Positions 20,239 to 27,264 of a stretch of DNA of 64,000 nt are shown in pieces. Both the position numbers and the translations under genes were made by a program. How positions within the stretch are numbered: the first letter of the stretch is position 1; each line of letters starts with the position of its first letter. The stretch is from an uncultured Actinomycetes bacterium (lineage in GTDB: Bacteria > Actinomycetota > CADDZG01 > JAHWKV01). The notes under the pieces were generated by a model that did not search any database, was not told the origin of the DNA, and saw only the letters and a list, made by a program, of their open reading frames with translations. The stretch lies in contig CAZCSK010000008.1 in assembly GCA_964501265.1 (NCBI GenBank), positions 387 through 64,386 of the forward strand, written 5' to 3'.

Positions 20239-20244
20239 CCCAAG

Positions 20245-20454
20245 CTATTTGTTCCCTCGATCTAGGAGGTCTGCGGCCTTTCGCTTGCCATCGTCGACCA
20301 ATTCCTCAGCCTTGTCGCCTAGGTCATTCAATTTGCCTTTGACGCTGGCCCCCGCGCGGTCCAGTTTGCCTCTACGCTTGAGTTCCTCGTCGTCGGTAAG
20401 GTCGCCCACGGCTTCCTTCACCCTGCCCTTGGCTTCGTCGAATTTCTCGCCCAT
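20245..20454 (-). CDS. CsbD-family general stress protein
   Basis: CsbD fold signature KGKLNDLGDKAEE..., 69 aa. Candidate SigB-type promoter upstream. Confidence 0.75.
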   Translation of the reverse strand: MGEKFDEAKGRVKEAVGDLTDDEELKRRGKLDRAGASVKGKLNDLGDKAEELVDDGKRKAADLLDRGNK

Positions 20455-20495
20455 CTCAAAATCTCCTCTCGTTAATGACTCGCATTCAAAAGGGT

Positions 20496-20521
20496 ATTGC
20501 CCAGAAATGGGCTGCTATAAA
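20496..20521 (-). promoter_or_regulatory. Candidate SigB/SigF-type promoter (GTTTAT-N14-GGGCAA) for csbD-like gene
   Basis: Minus strand reads GTTTATagcagcccatttctGGGCAA, about 40 nt upstream of the ATG. The same architecture appears upstream of three other island genes. Confidence 0.4.
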
Positions 20522-20533
20522 CATGTAATAGGG

Positions 20534-20872
20534 TCAGTCCTTCTGGGTTGCGTCCTGAACCGAGGAATAGATGGAGAAGATCTTGTCGAGGCCGGTGACG
20601 TTAAGAATCTTTCGAACCGGCCCGTCCACACACACAAGCCGTAGATCCCCCTGGCTCTCATTCGTGCGTCTTTTTCCGGATATAAGGACAGAAAGACCGC
20701 TGGAGTCCATGAAATCCACTCCCAGAAGGTCCAGCACCAACTGGTTCCCGCCTTGTTCAATCAGCCGGATCAGTTCCGCCCGAAAGGTGGGAGAGGTGTA
20801 GATGTCGACTTCTCCCTTGACCTTCAAGACAGTCCAGTTGTCCAGGACTTCACTTTCCAAACCGATCTCCAT
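20534..20872 (-). CDS. STAS-domain anti-sigma-factor antagonist (RsbV/SpoIIAA-like)
   Basis: STAS motif LDLLGVDFMDSSGLSVL with the conserved phosphorylatable Ser. Confidence 0.8.
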   Translation of the reverse strand: MEIGLESEVLDNWTVLKVKGEVDIYTSPTFRAELIRLIEQGGNQLVLDLLGVDFMDSSGLSVLISGKRRTNESQGDLRLVCVDGPVRKILNVTGLDKIFSIYSSVQDATQKD

Positions 20873-20915
20873 CCAACCTCCATTAGTGTTCCGGCCATGT
20901 TACCGGAATGGCAAA

Positions 20916-23048
20916 TTAGTCAAACGTCACCTTAGCCACCAAAAGGACCAGGTCGTCAGCCAGTGAACCGTGAGAATAGTCTACGATCGACCGTTCCAGC
21001 CCCTCAACAATTGACTCCGCCCCGAGGCCGGCGAACTCGCCCAAGAGCGCGATGAGCCTGGCCTCTCCAAAGTTCTCCCCGTCGCGCCGCGCCTCGATCG
21101 CGCCGTCGGTGAAAAGGATGATCGCGTCTCCGTGACGGAGGTCCGCTGAATGTTCTCTTAGTTCGATATCCGGCACGGCTCCGAGCATTGTGCCCGGTTC
21201 CCCCAAAGTCTCGACTTGCCCGTTCGCCCGTAGAAGCAGCGGAGAGGGATGCCCAGCGCAGACCGTCGTGATGCGGGCTCCGAAGTCCGTTGGATCTATT
21301 TGTGCATAGGCCACGGTGCAGAACTGGTCCTCACCGCTTTGCTGCAACATGGCGTCGTTGAGCACAGTGAGAATCCGGCTGGGTTCGCGTTCTTGCATTG
21401 CCTCAGCGCGCACCGTGTACCTGATGAGCGGGGTCAAGGCAGCGGCTCTGGCCCCTCTGCCGGAGACATCTCCGATGACTATCGCCCAACGCTTCTGCCC
21501 ATACGAGAAAACGTCGTAGAAGTCACCACCTACATCGATTCCTTCGCCGGCGGCCGCGTAACGGACGGTGACTTCCATCCCTGGGATGCGTTCAACCAAC
21601 CTTGGCCGAAGGCTCTCCTGCAAGGTGGTTGCGATGTACCTCTGAGTTTCGTGAAGGCGGATGTTGTCCACTGCCAAGGCGGTACGGTCTGCAAACTCCT
21701 GGGCAAGGTCCAAGTCTTCCTTTTCGAACCTGGCCGATGATTCGTCCCGTCCCAGAGTGATCGTTCCCAAGATGCGCCCGCGCGCTCGCATGGGCACGAT
21801 GATCTGAGATGCAGATCCAAAGGCGAGGATCTCCTTGTGTTCGGAGTCGTAGAAAGTCATGCTGTCTACGAATTCCCCATGGAGGTCTAGGTTCTCGGCT
21901 TTCGACTTGTCCCTGTGAAGGATGATTGCCTTGGAGATCGACCCGCTCTCCTCCCGCATTTGGATCGCACACCAGTCGCCGAGGCTGCTCACAAGCAAGT
22001 CTCCAATCTTGCTGAGCATTGAGGCAACGTCCATCGACTTGGCAAGGATGACACCGGCTTCGGCTAAGAGCTGCATCCGGTCGTTGCGGGCCCTTAGTCG
22101 TGTCTCGGCCCGGCGCCTTTGAATGAACTGACCCATCTGAAGTGCGATCGAGTCCATCATTTCGAGCAGTGCATCGTCCCGGTCGACAACGTCACGATTA
22201 AAAAACTCGAGCACTCCAAGGACGTTGCCCGCCGACCGGACAGGTACGCCGAACGCCGCACGCAAGCCCACCTTGTCCGCGTAGAGGGCCCGGGGGAAAT
22301 TTTGATCTTGGCGTAGTTCCGGAATCCAGGCGTGCTCGCCTGTCTCCCAGACCCGGCCGGGCAGGCCGATCCCTCGGCGAAATTCGAAGCGTTGGGTGAC
22401 CGAGGCGAATTCATCCATTTCCTCAGACTCGCGCCAGACCTTGACGCAGCGGAGAAATTCACCCTCGTCATCAATGGTCCAGAGGGCTCCAAGAGCCCAA
22501 CCCAACTCGATGCAGACCGTACCTATGACCTCATTGGCAGCGTCGGACACCGGGCTGGACTTCGTAAGCGCTCTGCTAGCCGCGAACACCGCCCGCAATC
22601 GCAGCTGAGTGAGCCGCTCCTGAGTAATGTCCACCATCCAGCCGTTGATTCGGGCAGGAAAGCCCTTCCTTTTGAGCGTGACCTCGGAAGTGTCCCGGAC
22701 CCAAACTGTGCGCCCCCCGGCGCCGATCATGCGGTAGATGAGGTCGTTGGGCCGGCCATCGGTTATCGCCTCCGACCGCAAACGAATCATTTCTGCCCTG
22801 TCAGCCGGGTGCAGATGATTTTCCCAGAATTTTGAATCGGAGTACCAGTCTTGTAGTGGATACCCGAGCAGCTGTTCGCCTCCGGCGCTAACGAACTTAA
22901 ATCCGGAGAGGTTGCCGTCCGTTTCCCATATCACTGCCCCTGTGCGATCGAGGCGACCGACGGCAATCTGGCGCGCCCGATCCGCTTGCCGTCGAGCTTC
23001 GCGCTCGCGAGCGAACGCCGCAGACCTGCGCTTCAGGACTCCCGTCAA
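20916..23048 (-). CDS. PAS-GAF-GAF-PP2C (SpoIIE/RsbU-type) serine phosphatase
   Basis: C-terminal PP2C motifs GGDFYDV, GDVSGRG, FTDGAIEAR. N-terminal PAS and two GAF-like regions. Confidence 0.8.
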   Translation of the reverse strand: MTGVLKRRSAAFAREREARRQADRARQIAVGRLDRTGAVIWETDGNLSGFKFVSAGGEQLLGYPLQDWYSDSKFWENHLHPADRAEMIRLRSEAITDGRPNDLIYRMIGAGGRTVWVRDTSEVTLKRKGFPARINGWMVDITQERLTQLRLRAVFAASRALTKSSPVSDAANEVIGTVCIELGWALGALWTIDDEGEFLRCVKVWRESEEMDEFASVTQRFEFRRGIGLPGRVWETGEHAWIPELRQDQNFPRALYADKVGLRAAFGVPVRSAGNVLGVLEFFNRDVVDRDDALLEMMDSIALQMGQFIQRRRAETRLRARNDRMQLLAEAGVILAKSMDVASMLSKIGDLLVSSLGDWCAIQMREESGSISKAIILHRDKSKAENLDLHGEFVDSMTFYDSEHKEILAFGSASQIIVPMRARGRILGTITLGRDESSARFEKEDLDLAQEFADRTALAVDNIRLHETQRYIATTLQESLRPRLVERIPGMEVTVRYAAAGEGIDVGGDFYDVFSYGQKRWAIVIGDVSGRGARAAALTPLIRYTVRAEAMQEREPSRILTVLNDAMLQQSGEDQFCTVAYAQIDPTDFGARITTVCAGHPSPLLLRANGQVETLGEPGTMLGAVPDIELREHSADLRHGDAIILFTDGAIEARRDGENFGEARLIALLGEFAGLGAESIVEGLERSIVDYSHGSLADDLVLLVAKVTFD

Positions 23049-23115
23049 GCTGACTGCTCATTGGCAAAATGCACCGCCCAAGTCTAAATGACCCGGGCGG
23101 TGCTATCTCGGGGCT

Positions 23116-23352
23116 TTACTGAACGTGAGTGTGAGTTACTGGCGTTACTGGTTCTGTCGTCACTACCGTCTCACGGCGCCCAAATGGAGCCATGCTGCTC
23201 CAAAACAACAGCGACAAAAGCAACCCGAGTGAACCGACGATCATAAGGATTACGCCCATCACGTCTAGGTCAATCCCCTGAAAACTACCTGTCACCGCAA
23301 ATTTCAAAATGGCCCCGATGGCCATCAGAAAAATACCTACTCCAATACCCAT
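23116..23352 (-). CDS. Small two-TM membrane protein (stress-island member)
   Basis: Start at MGIGVGIF, preceded by AAGGAGAG. Two hydrophobic helices. SigB-type promoter upstream. Confidence 0.5.
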   Translation of the reverse strand: MGIGVGIFLMAIGAILKFAVTGSFQGIDLDVMGVILMIVGSLGLLLSLLFWSSMAPFGRRETVVTTEPVTPVTHTHVQ

Positions 23353-23407
23353 GATTCTCTCCTTGACCTTCGGCCTTAGCCCGATGGCTTGACCTCTCAA
23401 TAGTATT

Positions 23408-23432
23408 ATTCCCAGTCACCAGGATTCCAAAC
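23408..23432 (-). promoter_or_regulatory. Candidate SigB/SigF-type promoter (GTTTGG-N13-GGGAAT)
   Basis: Minus strand reads GTTTGGaatcctggtgactGGGAAT, immediately upstream of the small membrane protein gene. Confidence 0.4.
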
Positions 23433-23447
23433 ATTTTCGCTGATTCC

Positions 23448-23471
23448 GGCTGCTACCCCCCCGTACCCCCC
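23448..23471 (+). repeat. Palindromic repeat family, solo right-end fragment
   Basis: GGCTGCTACCCCCCCGTACCCCCCG. Confidence 0.6.
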
Positions 23472-23482
23472 GCTCTTCTTCA

Positions 23483-23549
23483 GGGGGTTCGCAGCTTCTG
23501 GCGCGCGCGGTTCCGTACGTAGGGGAGCTGCTACCCCCCCGAACCCCCC
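23483..23549 (+). repeat. Palindromic repeat family, full copy overlapping the 3' end (last 7 codons) of the sigma-factor gene
   Basis: GGGGGTTCGCAGCTTCTGGCGCGCGCGGTTCCGTACGTAGGGGAGCTGCTACCCCCCCGAACCCCCC. Confidence 0.85.
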
Positions 23550-24403
23550 TGTCTCAAGAGCGCTAGGCTCTTGGCCAGAAGGCGGGATACGTGCATTTGA
23601 GATATTCCGAGGTCGCGTGCGATCTCGGTTTGCGTCTTTCCCGCAACAAATCGCATATGGAGCACCTGTCGTTCCCTCCGGGGCAATTTTTCCAACAGGT
23701 TCTTTACGCTCGACCAGGCTTCGAAGAGTTCGATGGACTCGTCTGCGGAACCCATCCGCGATATGCGCGCTTCTAGGTCCTCGGCTGCAGGGGTATCCAG
23801 GGAAGCCAGGGAGTAGGCGCCGCTTGCTTCCATAGCATCCAGGATCTCCTCTTCCGAAGTGTTGAGTTGCTTTGCGATCTCAGGAATCGTGGGGGCCCGG
23901 CCAAGCTCTTGAGACATCCCCGGAACGGCCCTGGATATAGACAGTCCCATCTCCTGAAGGCGGCGGGGAACCCTAATTGCCCACCCGTGATCCCTGAAGT
24001 ACCGCTTGATCTCTCCAAGTACCGTCGGAGTCGCATATGTCGAGAACTCGATGCCCCTCGTAAGATCAAACCCTGCAATCGCCTTCAGGAGGCCAATGCT
24101 GCCGACTTGGATCAGGTCGTCGAGAGGTTCTCCTCTGCCCTGAAACTTTCTCGCCAGATACTCCACCAGCGGCATGTGGAGGCGAACCAGTTCGTCCCGG
24201 ACAGACGGCTTTTCATTTAACTGAGCGAAAAGTTGCCTCGTGAGCTCCTTGTCCGTCGCTGCAGATTCCCCCAATGCTAAACGCCGGAACTCTTGAACAT
24301 TCGAATCGCCGGGCTGCCGCCGTCGCTTTCGAACGAGACCTCGCCACTTAGAGCAGTCAGTATTTTCCAAGACAATTCCGACGCGATGCCCACAGGAGGC
24401 CAC
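23531..24403 (-). CDS. Group-3 sigma-70 family sigma factor (SigB/SigF-like); start uncertain; last 7 codons lie in a repeat copy
   Basis: Regions 2-4 present (LIQVGSIGLLKAIAGFD, YATPTVLGEIKRY, ERQVLHMRF..TQTEIARDLGISQMHVSRL). The ORF from ATG 24403 would overlap the upstream gene by 127 nt. Confidence 0.75.
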   Translation of the reverse strand: MASCGHRVGIVLENTDCSKWRGLVRKRRRQPGDSNVQEFRRLALGESAATDKELTRQLFAQLNEKPSVRDELVRLHMPLVEYLARKFQGRGEPLDDLIQVGSIGLLKAIAGFDLTRGIEFSTYATPTVLGEIKRYFRDHGWAIRVPRRLQEMGLSISRAVPGMSQELGRAPTIPEIAKQLNTSEEEILDAMEASGAYSLASLDTPAAEDLEARISRMGSADESIELFEAWSSVKNLLEKLPRRERQVLHMRFVAGKTQTEIARDLGISQMHVSRLLAKSLALLRQGGSGG

Positions 24404-24651
24404 GAGTCGGAGAGACCATCGACCGACAAACGCAACTCGAGAAAGCCTTCATTAGGGGAAATTTCTAACGTGAAGGTTCCGTCGTCACCGGCATGGTCAA
24501 GAAGGCATGCAGCAGCTTCATCTACAGCGAGCCGTATGTCGTCGATGGCGTCGATTGTGAAACCGGCCATTGCGCCCAGTCCCGCGGCATGAGTTCGCAG
24601 AAAATGGATGAAGGCCGGCTCTGCGGGCACTCGAAGAACGACGGCGCTCAT
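24277..24651 (-). CDS. RsbW-like anti-sigma-factor protein with degenerate HATPase motifs
   Basis: N-box-like IDDIRLAVDEAAACLL aligns to the RsbW N-box, but the catalytic E..N and G-boxes are substituted. Sits between the kinase and the sigma gene. Confidence 0.45.
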   Translation of the reverse strand: MSAVVLRVPAEPAFIHFLRTHAAGLGAMAGFTIDAIDDIRLAVDEAAACLLDHAGDDGTFTLEISPNEGFLELRLSVDGLSDSWPPVGIASELSWKILTALSGEVSFESDGGSPAIRMFKSSGV

Positions 24652-24758
24652 GCGGGTGGGCACGCGCCGGGTGGGTTTAGCATCAGACGTAGGATACGGG
24701 ACGTGAGCCAATCACGGCTTCGTCTGTCGGTTCCGATGGGCCCCTCTAGCGGGTGAAA

Positions 24759-25148
24759 TTAGGCCGCAAGGTCAATCTCAAACCAAACCGTCGTCTCGGA
24801 GTTGTTCGTGACACCCCAACGCGAAGAGAGCTGTTCAACAACCTCCAGGCCCCAGCCGCGCGTACCTGAATCTTCGGGGGTTCTTGTGGCGGGCGTGAAT
24901 CCGTTTCCGGAGTCGGTGACCTCGGCCCGAACAACGTCCTTTCGGATGATGATCTTCACCCCTACGGTCTCACCCGGAATTAGTCCGGCGTGCCGGATGC
25001 TGTTTGTCACGACCTCACTAATCAAGAGCTTCAGATCGTCGACCGCCTCCGCAAGAATATGATCCCTAAGCCCTTCGACCAAGCCACGAGCCACCCGCAC
25101 GGACTGCGGATCGGCGGGAAGCGAGGTTTCAATCACTTTGGTTGTCAT
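24759..25148 (-). CDS. Anti-sigma-factor serine kinase (RsbW/SpoIIAB-like, HATPase_c)
   Basis: N-box LLISEVVTNSIRHAG and G1 box DSGNGF. Confidence 0.75.
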   Translation of the reverse strand: MTTKVIETSLPADPQSVRVARGLVEGLRDHILAEAVDDLKLLISEVVTNSIRHAGLIPGETVGVKIIIRKDVVRAEVTDSGNGFTPATRTPEDSGTRGWGLEVVEQLSSRWGVTNNSETTVWFEIDLAA

Positions 25149-25245
25149 AATCTATGTTCTGCCCCTTTTTCTCCGGCTCCAATCAAACTGTGACTCAATC
25201 CACCGCGAAAACGCCCAGATCAGGCGTAAAACTCCAAAAAAAACT

Positions 25246-25707
25246 TCACGGTCGGCCCTCATCCTCGAACGCGCCGATCAAGACGCCATCGGCAGCTGTC
25301 ACGATTGCAGTCTGGAAATCGTGCTTCCGCATTCGGGTACGCATGTCCTCGATCGAGACATCTGGTCGATAGGTGCTAGGCCCATCTGTCATCACATCTT
25401 CTGCTAAGGCCTCTGGAGGAGTTTCGGCCAGCGCCTCATCGCGCAGAGCACCCAGAACGACCCCATCCTCACTCACAACAAGTGCCATATCCCATCCAGC
25501 ATCGAAGGCTCGGTTTCTAACTTCGTCGACACTGTCCCCGAGTCTGCATGTTGGCACTTGGCGAACATGCCGTCCGATCCTCGGCGTTGCGGAGTCACTC
25601 CCAATGGTGGGGAGACCATGGGCCATCCAACCGGCCTTGCCAGGCACGAAGTCGTAAACGCGCTCGAACCCGAGAGTTTCAAGCCGGCACGCGGCTCGTG
25701 GACTCAA
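25246..25707 (-). CDS. Distal part of rhodanese-CBS gene: rhodanese C-terminal half plus CBS pair, following an in-frame TGA
   Basis: CRLETLGFERVYDFVPGKAGW is the end of a rhodanese fold. Two CBS motifs follow. Same frame as the upstream fragment. Confidence 0.55.
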   Translation of the reverse strand: MSPRAACRLETLGFERVYDFVPGKAGWMAHGLPTIGSDSATPRIGRHVRQVPTCRLGDSVDEVRNRAFDAGWDMALVVSEDGVVLGALRDEALAETPPEALAEDVMTDGPSTYRPDVSIEDMRTRMRKHDFQTAIVTAADGVLIGAFEDEGRP

Positions 25708-25710
25708 ATC

Positions 25711-25914
25711 TCACTGGTAGTCGAAGCAGTAGACAATCACCGGGCGCGCCTTGTCGAGAGCCTGGGCCCTCCTTGCGCTCAGATCCTTCAACGGGAGATT
25801 GACCGCGCCGGGAATGTGTTCGGCGTCAAACTCTTCCTCGCCGAGGACCTCAACGAGCAGGGCCCCCTCCTTCACGAGCCTCTGGACTTCGATGTAGTCA
25901 ATATTCGTAACCAA
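25711..25914 (-). CDS. Proximal part of rhodanese-CBS gene: rhodanese N-terminal half ending at an in-frame TGA after the active-site Cys region
   Basis: EHIPGAVNLPL...PVIVYCFDYQ then TGA. Reading resumes in the same frame 2 codons later. Confidence 0.55.
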   Translation of the reverse strand: MVTNIDYIEVQRLVKEGALLVEVLGEEEFDAEHIPGAVNLPLKDLSARRAQALDKARPVIVYCFDYQ

Positions 25915-26202
25915 TCGGACCTCCCTGGAAGCGGTCTTCCCTGAAGACTAGGCGCGGCCCCGTGTTCGCGGAAACCTGACGTTCCAATGTACGTAGCATG
26001 TGTCCCGTTGGTTGTAGACAGAAAGAGGTGTCTCGCACCCGGGAAATGAGCATTCTCGATTGACGTGGCTTGAAGGAACGAGGGGGCGCGCCGGGTTGGG
26101 TCGAGTTCCTTTCAATGTTGTCGATCTATGCATATCGCGGGTCCTCTTGAAGGATTGAGATTGTTCTACCCATTTTCGTGGAGGAAATAACGCGTGCTGC
26201 AT

Positions 26203-26228
26203 GTTTAGAGATATCGAGCCGCGGGTAA
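26203..26228 (+). promoter_or_regulatory. Candidate SigB/SigF-type promoter (GTTTAG-N14-GGGTAA)
   Basis: GTTTAGagatatcgagccgcGGGTAA, about 38 nt upstream of the ATG at 26266. Lies in an unusually AT-rich intergenic stretch. Confidence 0.45.
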
Positions 26229-26265
26229 GACAAGTTGGAGTCACCAACCGAGAAGGAGGAAAGCT

Positions 26266-26475
26266 ATGTGTGTATCGTGCGGATGTAGTACACCCGATGA
26301 CGACCACGGCGATGAAAAGCACATCGTCATGGATGAAGTAAAAAAGACCGGCGGTGCAGATCAGATTACGGAAGACCGCCTGCAGAAGGCCGCGGAAGCC
26401 GCTGGCATCACCACCGAACAAGCCAAGCAAAACGTGCGTGAGGGCCGTGAAACCGTGTCCTCACCCAACGCCTAA
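26266..26475 (+). CDS. Small acidic protein with N-terminal Cys cluster (MCVSCGCS...)
   Basis: Strong RBS GAAGGAGGAAAGCT before the ATG. 69 aa. No known family. Confidence 0.55.
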   Translation: MCVSCGCSTPDDDHGDEKHIVMDEVKKTGGADQITEDRLQKAAEAAGITTEQAKQNVREGRETVSSPNA

Positions 26476-26489
26476 AGGAGGAGAAGTAA

Positions 26490-26780
26490 ATGTCACACAT
26501 TCACGAGCCTGGTAACACGACCACAGTCGTCGAAGACTCATCCTCGTCGGCTCTGTTGATAGTAGTTGCGGTAATAGTGGGAATTGTGTTGATATGGGCC
26601 ATCTTTTTTAGCGGTTGGGTCATCGACCGCAGCCCCGACAGCGGCGTCACGAACATAGACAACACGACGGAGGGTGACACCAACGTTAACAATCCCCCCC
26701 AGCCCACTCAGCCAACTCAAACTGAACCGGCTCCAACTCAGCCGGCTCCAACTCAGCCAGCTCCGACGACGGCGCCTTAG
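26490..26780 (+). CDS. Single-pass membrane protein with Pro/Thr/Gln-rich tandem repeat tail
   Basis: Strong RBS AAAGGAGGAGAAG. TM helix LLIVVAVIVGIVLIWAIFF. The tail is PTQPTQTEPAPTQPAPTQPAPT, encoded by short tandem DNA repeats. Confidence 0.55.
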   Translation: MSHIHEPGNTTTVVEDSSSSALLIVVAVIVGIVLIWAIFFSGWVIDRSPDSGVTNIDNTTEGDTNVNNPPQPTQPTQTEPAPTQPAPTQPAPTTAP

Positions 26781-26911
26781 CGGGCGTTGCCGTCCAGAGA
26801 CAAACGCCGCCTGAGGCAGATGACTCGGGCGGCGTTTGGCCGTCCGTAACTACTTTGGCCTTCCCCCGATTTGACGGACATCCGAGATACGGGGCACCGA
26901 GATCAGCCGAT

Positions 26912-26937
26912 GTTTGGCACCGGCCGATTCTGGGCAT
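26912..26937 (+). promoter_or_regulatory. Candidate SigB/SigF-type promoter (GTTTGG-N14-GGGCAT)
   Basis: GTTTGGcaccggccgattctGGGCAT, about 38 nt upstream of the second csbD-like gene. Confidence 0.4.
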
Positions 26938-26975
26938 GAATCCATTGGAATCAATCGAACAGAATGGACATCTAG

Positions 26976-27185
26976 ATGGGCGAGAGAATCGACGAAGTCG
27001 CGGGCAGGGCCAAGGAGGCTCTAGGCGATTTGACCGATGACAAGGAACTGCAGCGCGAGGGCAAGCTCGACCGTGCAGGCGCAGACCTTAAGCGGACAAT
27101 CAACGGCATCGGCGACAAAGCTGAGGATGGAGTCGACGCAGCCAAGAGGAAAGTTGAAGACGTTCTAGAACCTCAGAGGAACTAA
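26976..27185 (+). CDS. CsbD-family general stress protein (second copy)
   Basis: 69 aa. About 60% identical to the 20245..20454 product. KELQREGKLDRAGADLKRTINGIGDKAEDG. Confidence 0.75.
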   Translation: MGERIDEVAGRAKEALGDLTDDKELQREGKLDRAGADLKRTINGIGDKAEDGVDAAKRKVEDVLEPQRN

Positions 27186-27198
27186 CACGTAGGATTCG

Positions 27199-27230
27199 AA
27201 AGCCCGCCCTTGAAGGGCGGGCTTTCTCGT
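27199..27230 (+). terminator. Rho-independent terminator
   Basis: GCCCGCCC-TTGAA-GGGCGGGC perfect 8-bp GC stem followed by TTTCTCGT. Confidence 0.75.
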
Positions 27231-27264
27231 ACGCCCGACAGAACTGTGGACCAGGAGCAATGAC

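Noticed and set aside
25948-26430. 160-aa minus-strand ORF spanning the AT-rich intergenic region and overlapping the Cys-cluster protein gene
   Set aside because: It covers the promoter/RBS region of two well-supported plus-strand genes. Its composition is low-complexity and it shows no motifs.
26690-26770. Short tandem DNA repeats (CAGCCAACTCAA/CCGGCTCCAACTCAG...)
   Set aside because: These are codon-level PTQ/PAPTQ repeats within a coding tail. They are not a copy of the palindromic element and not a CRISPR array.
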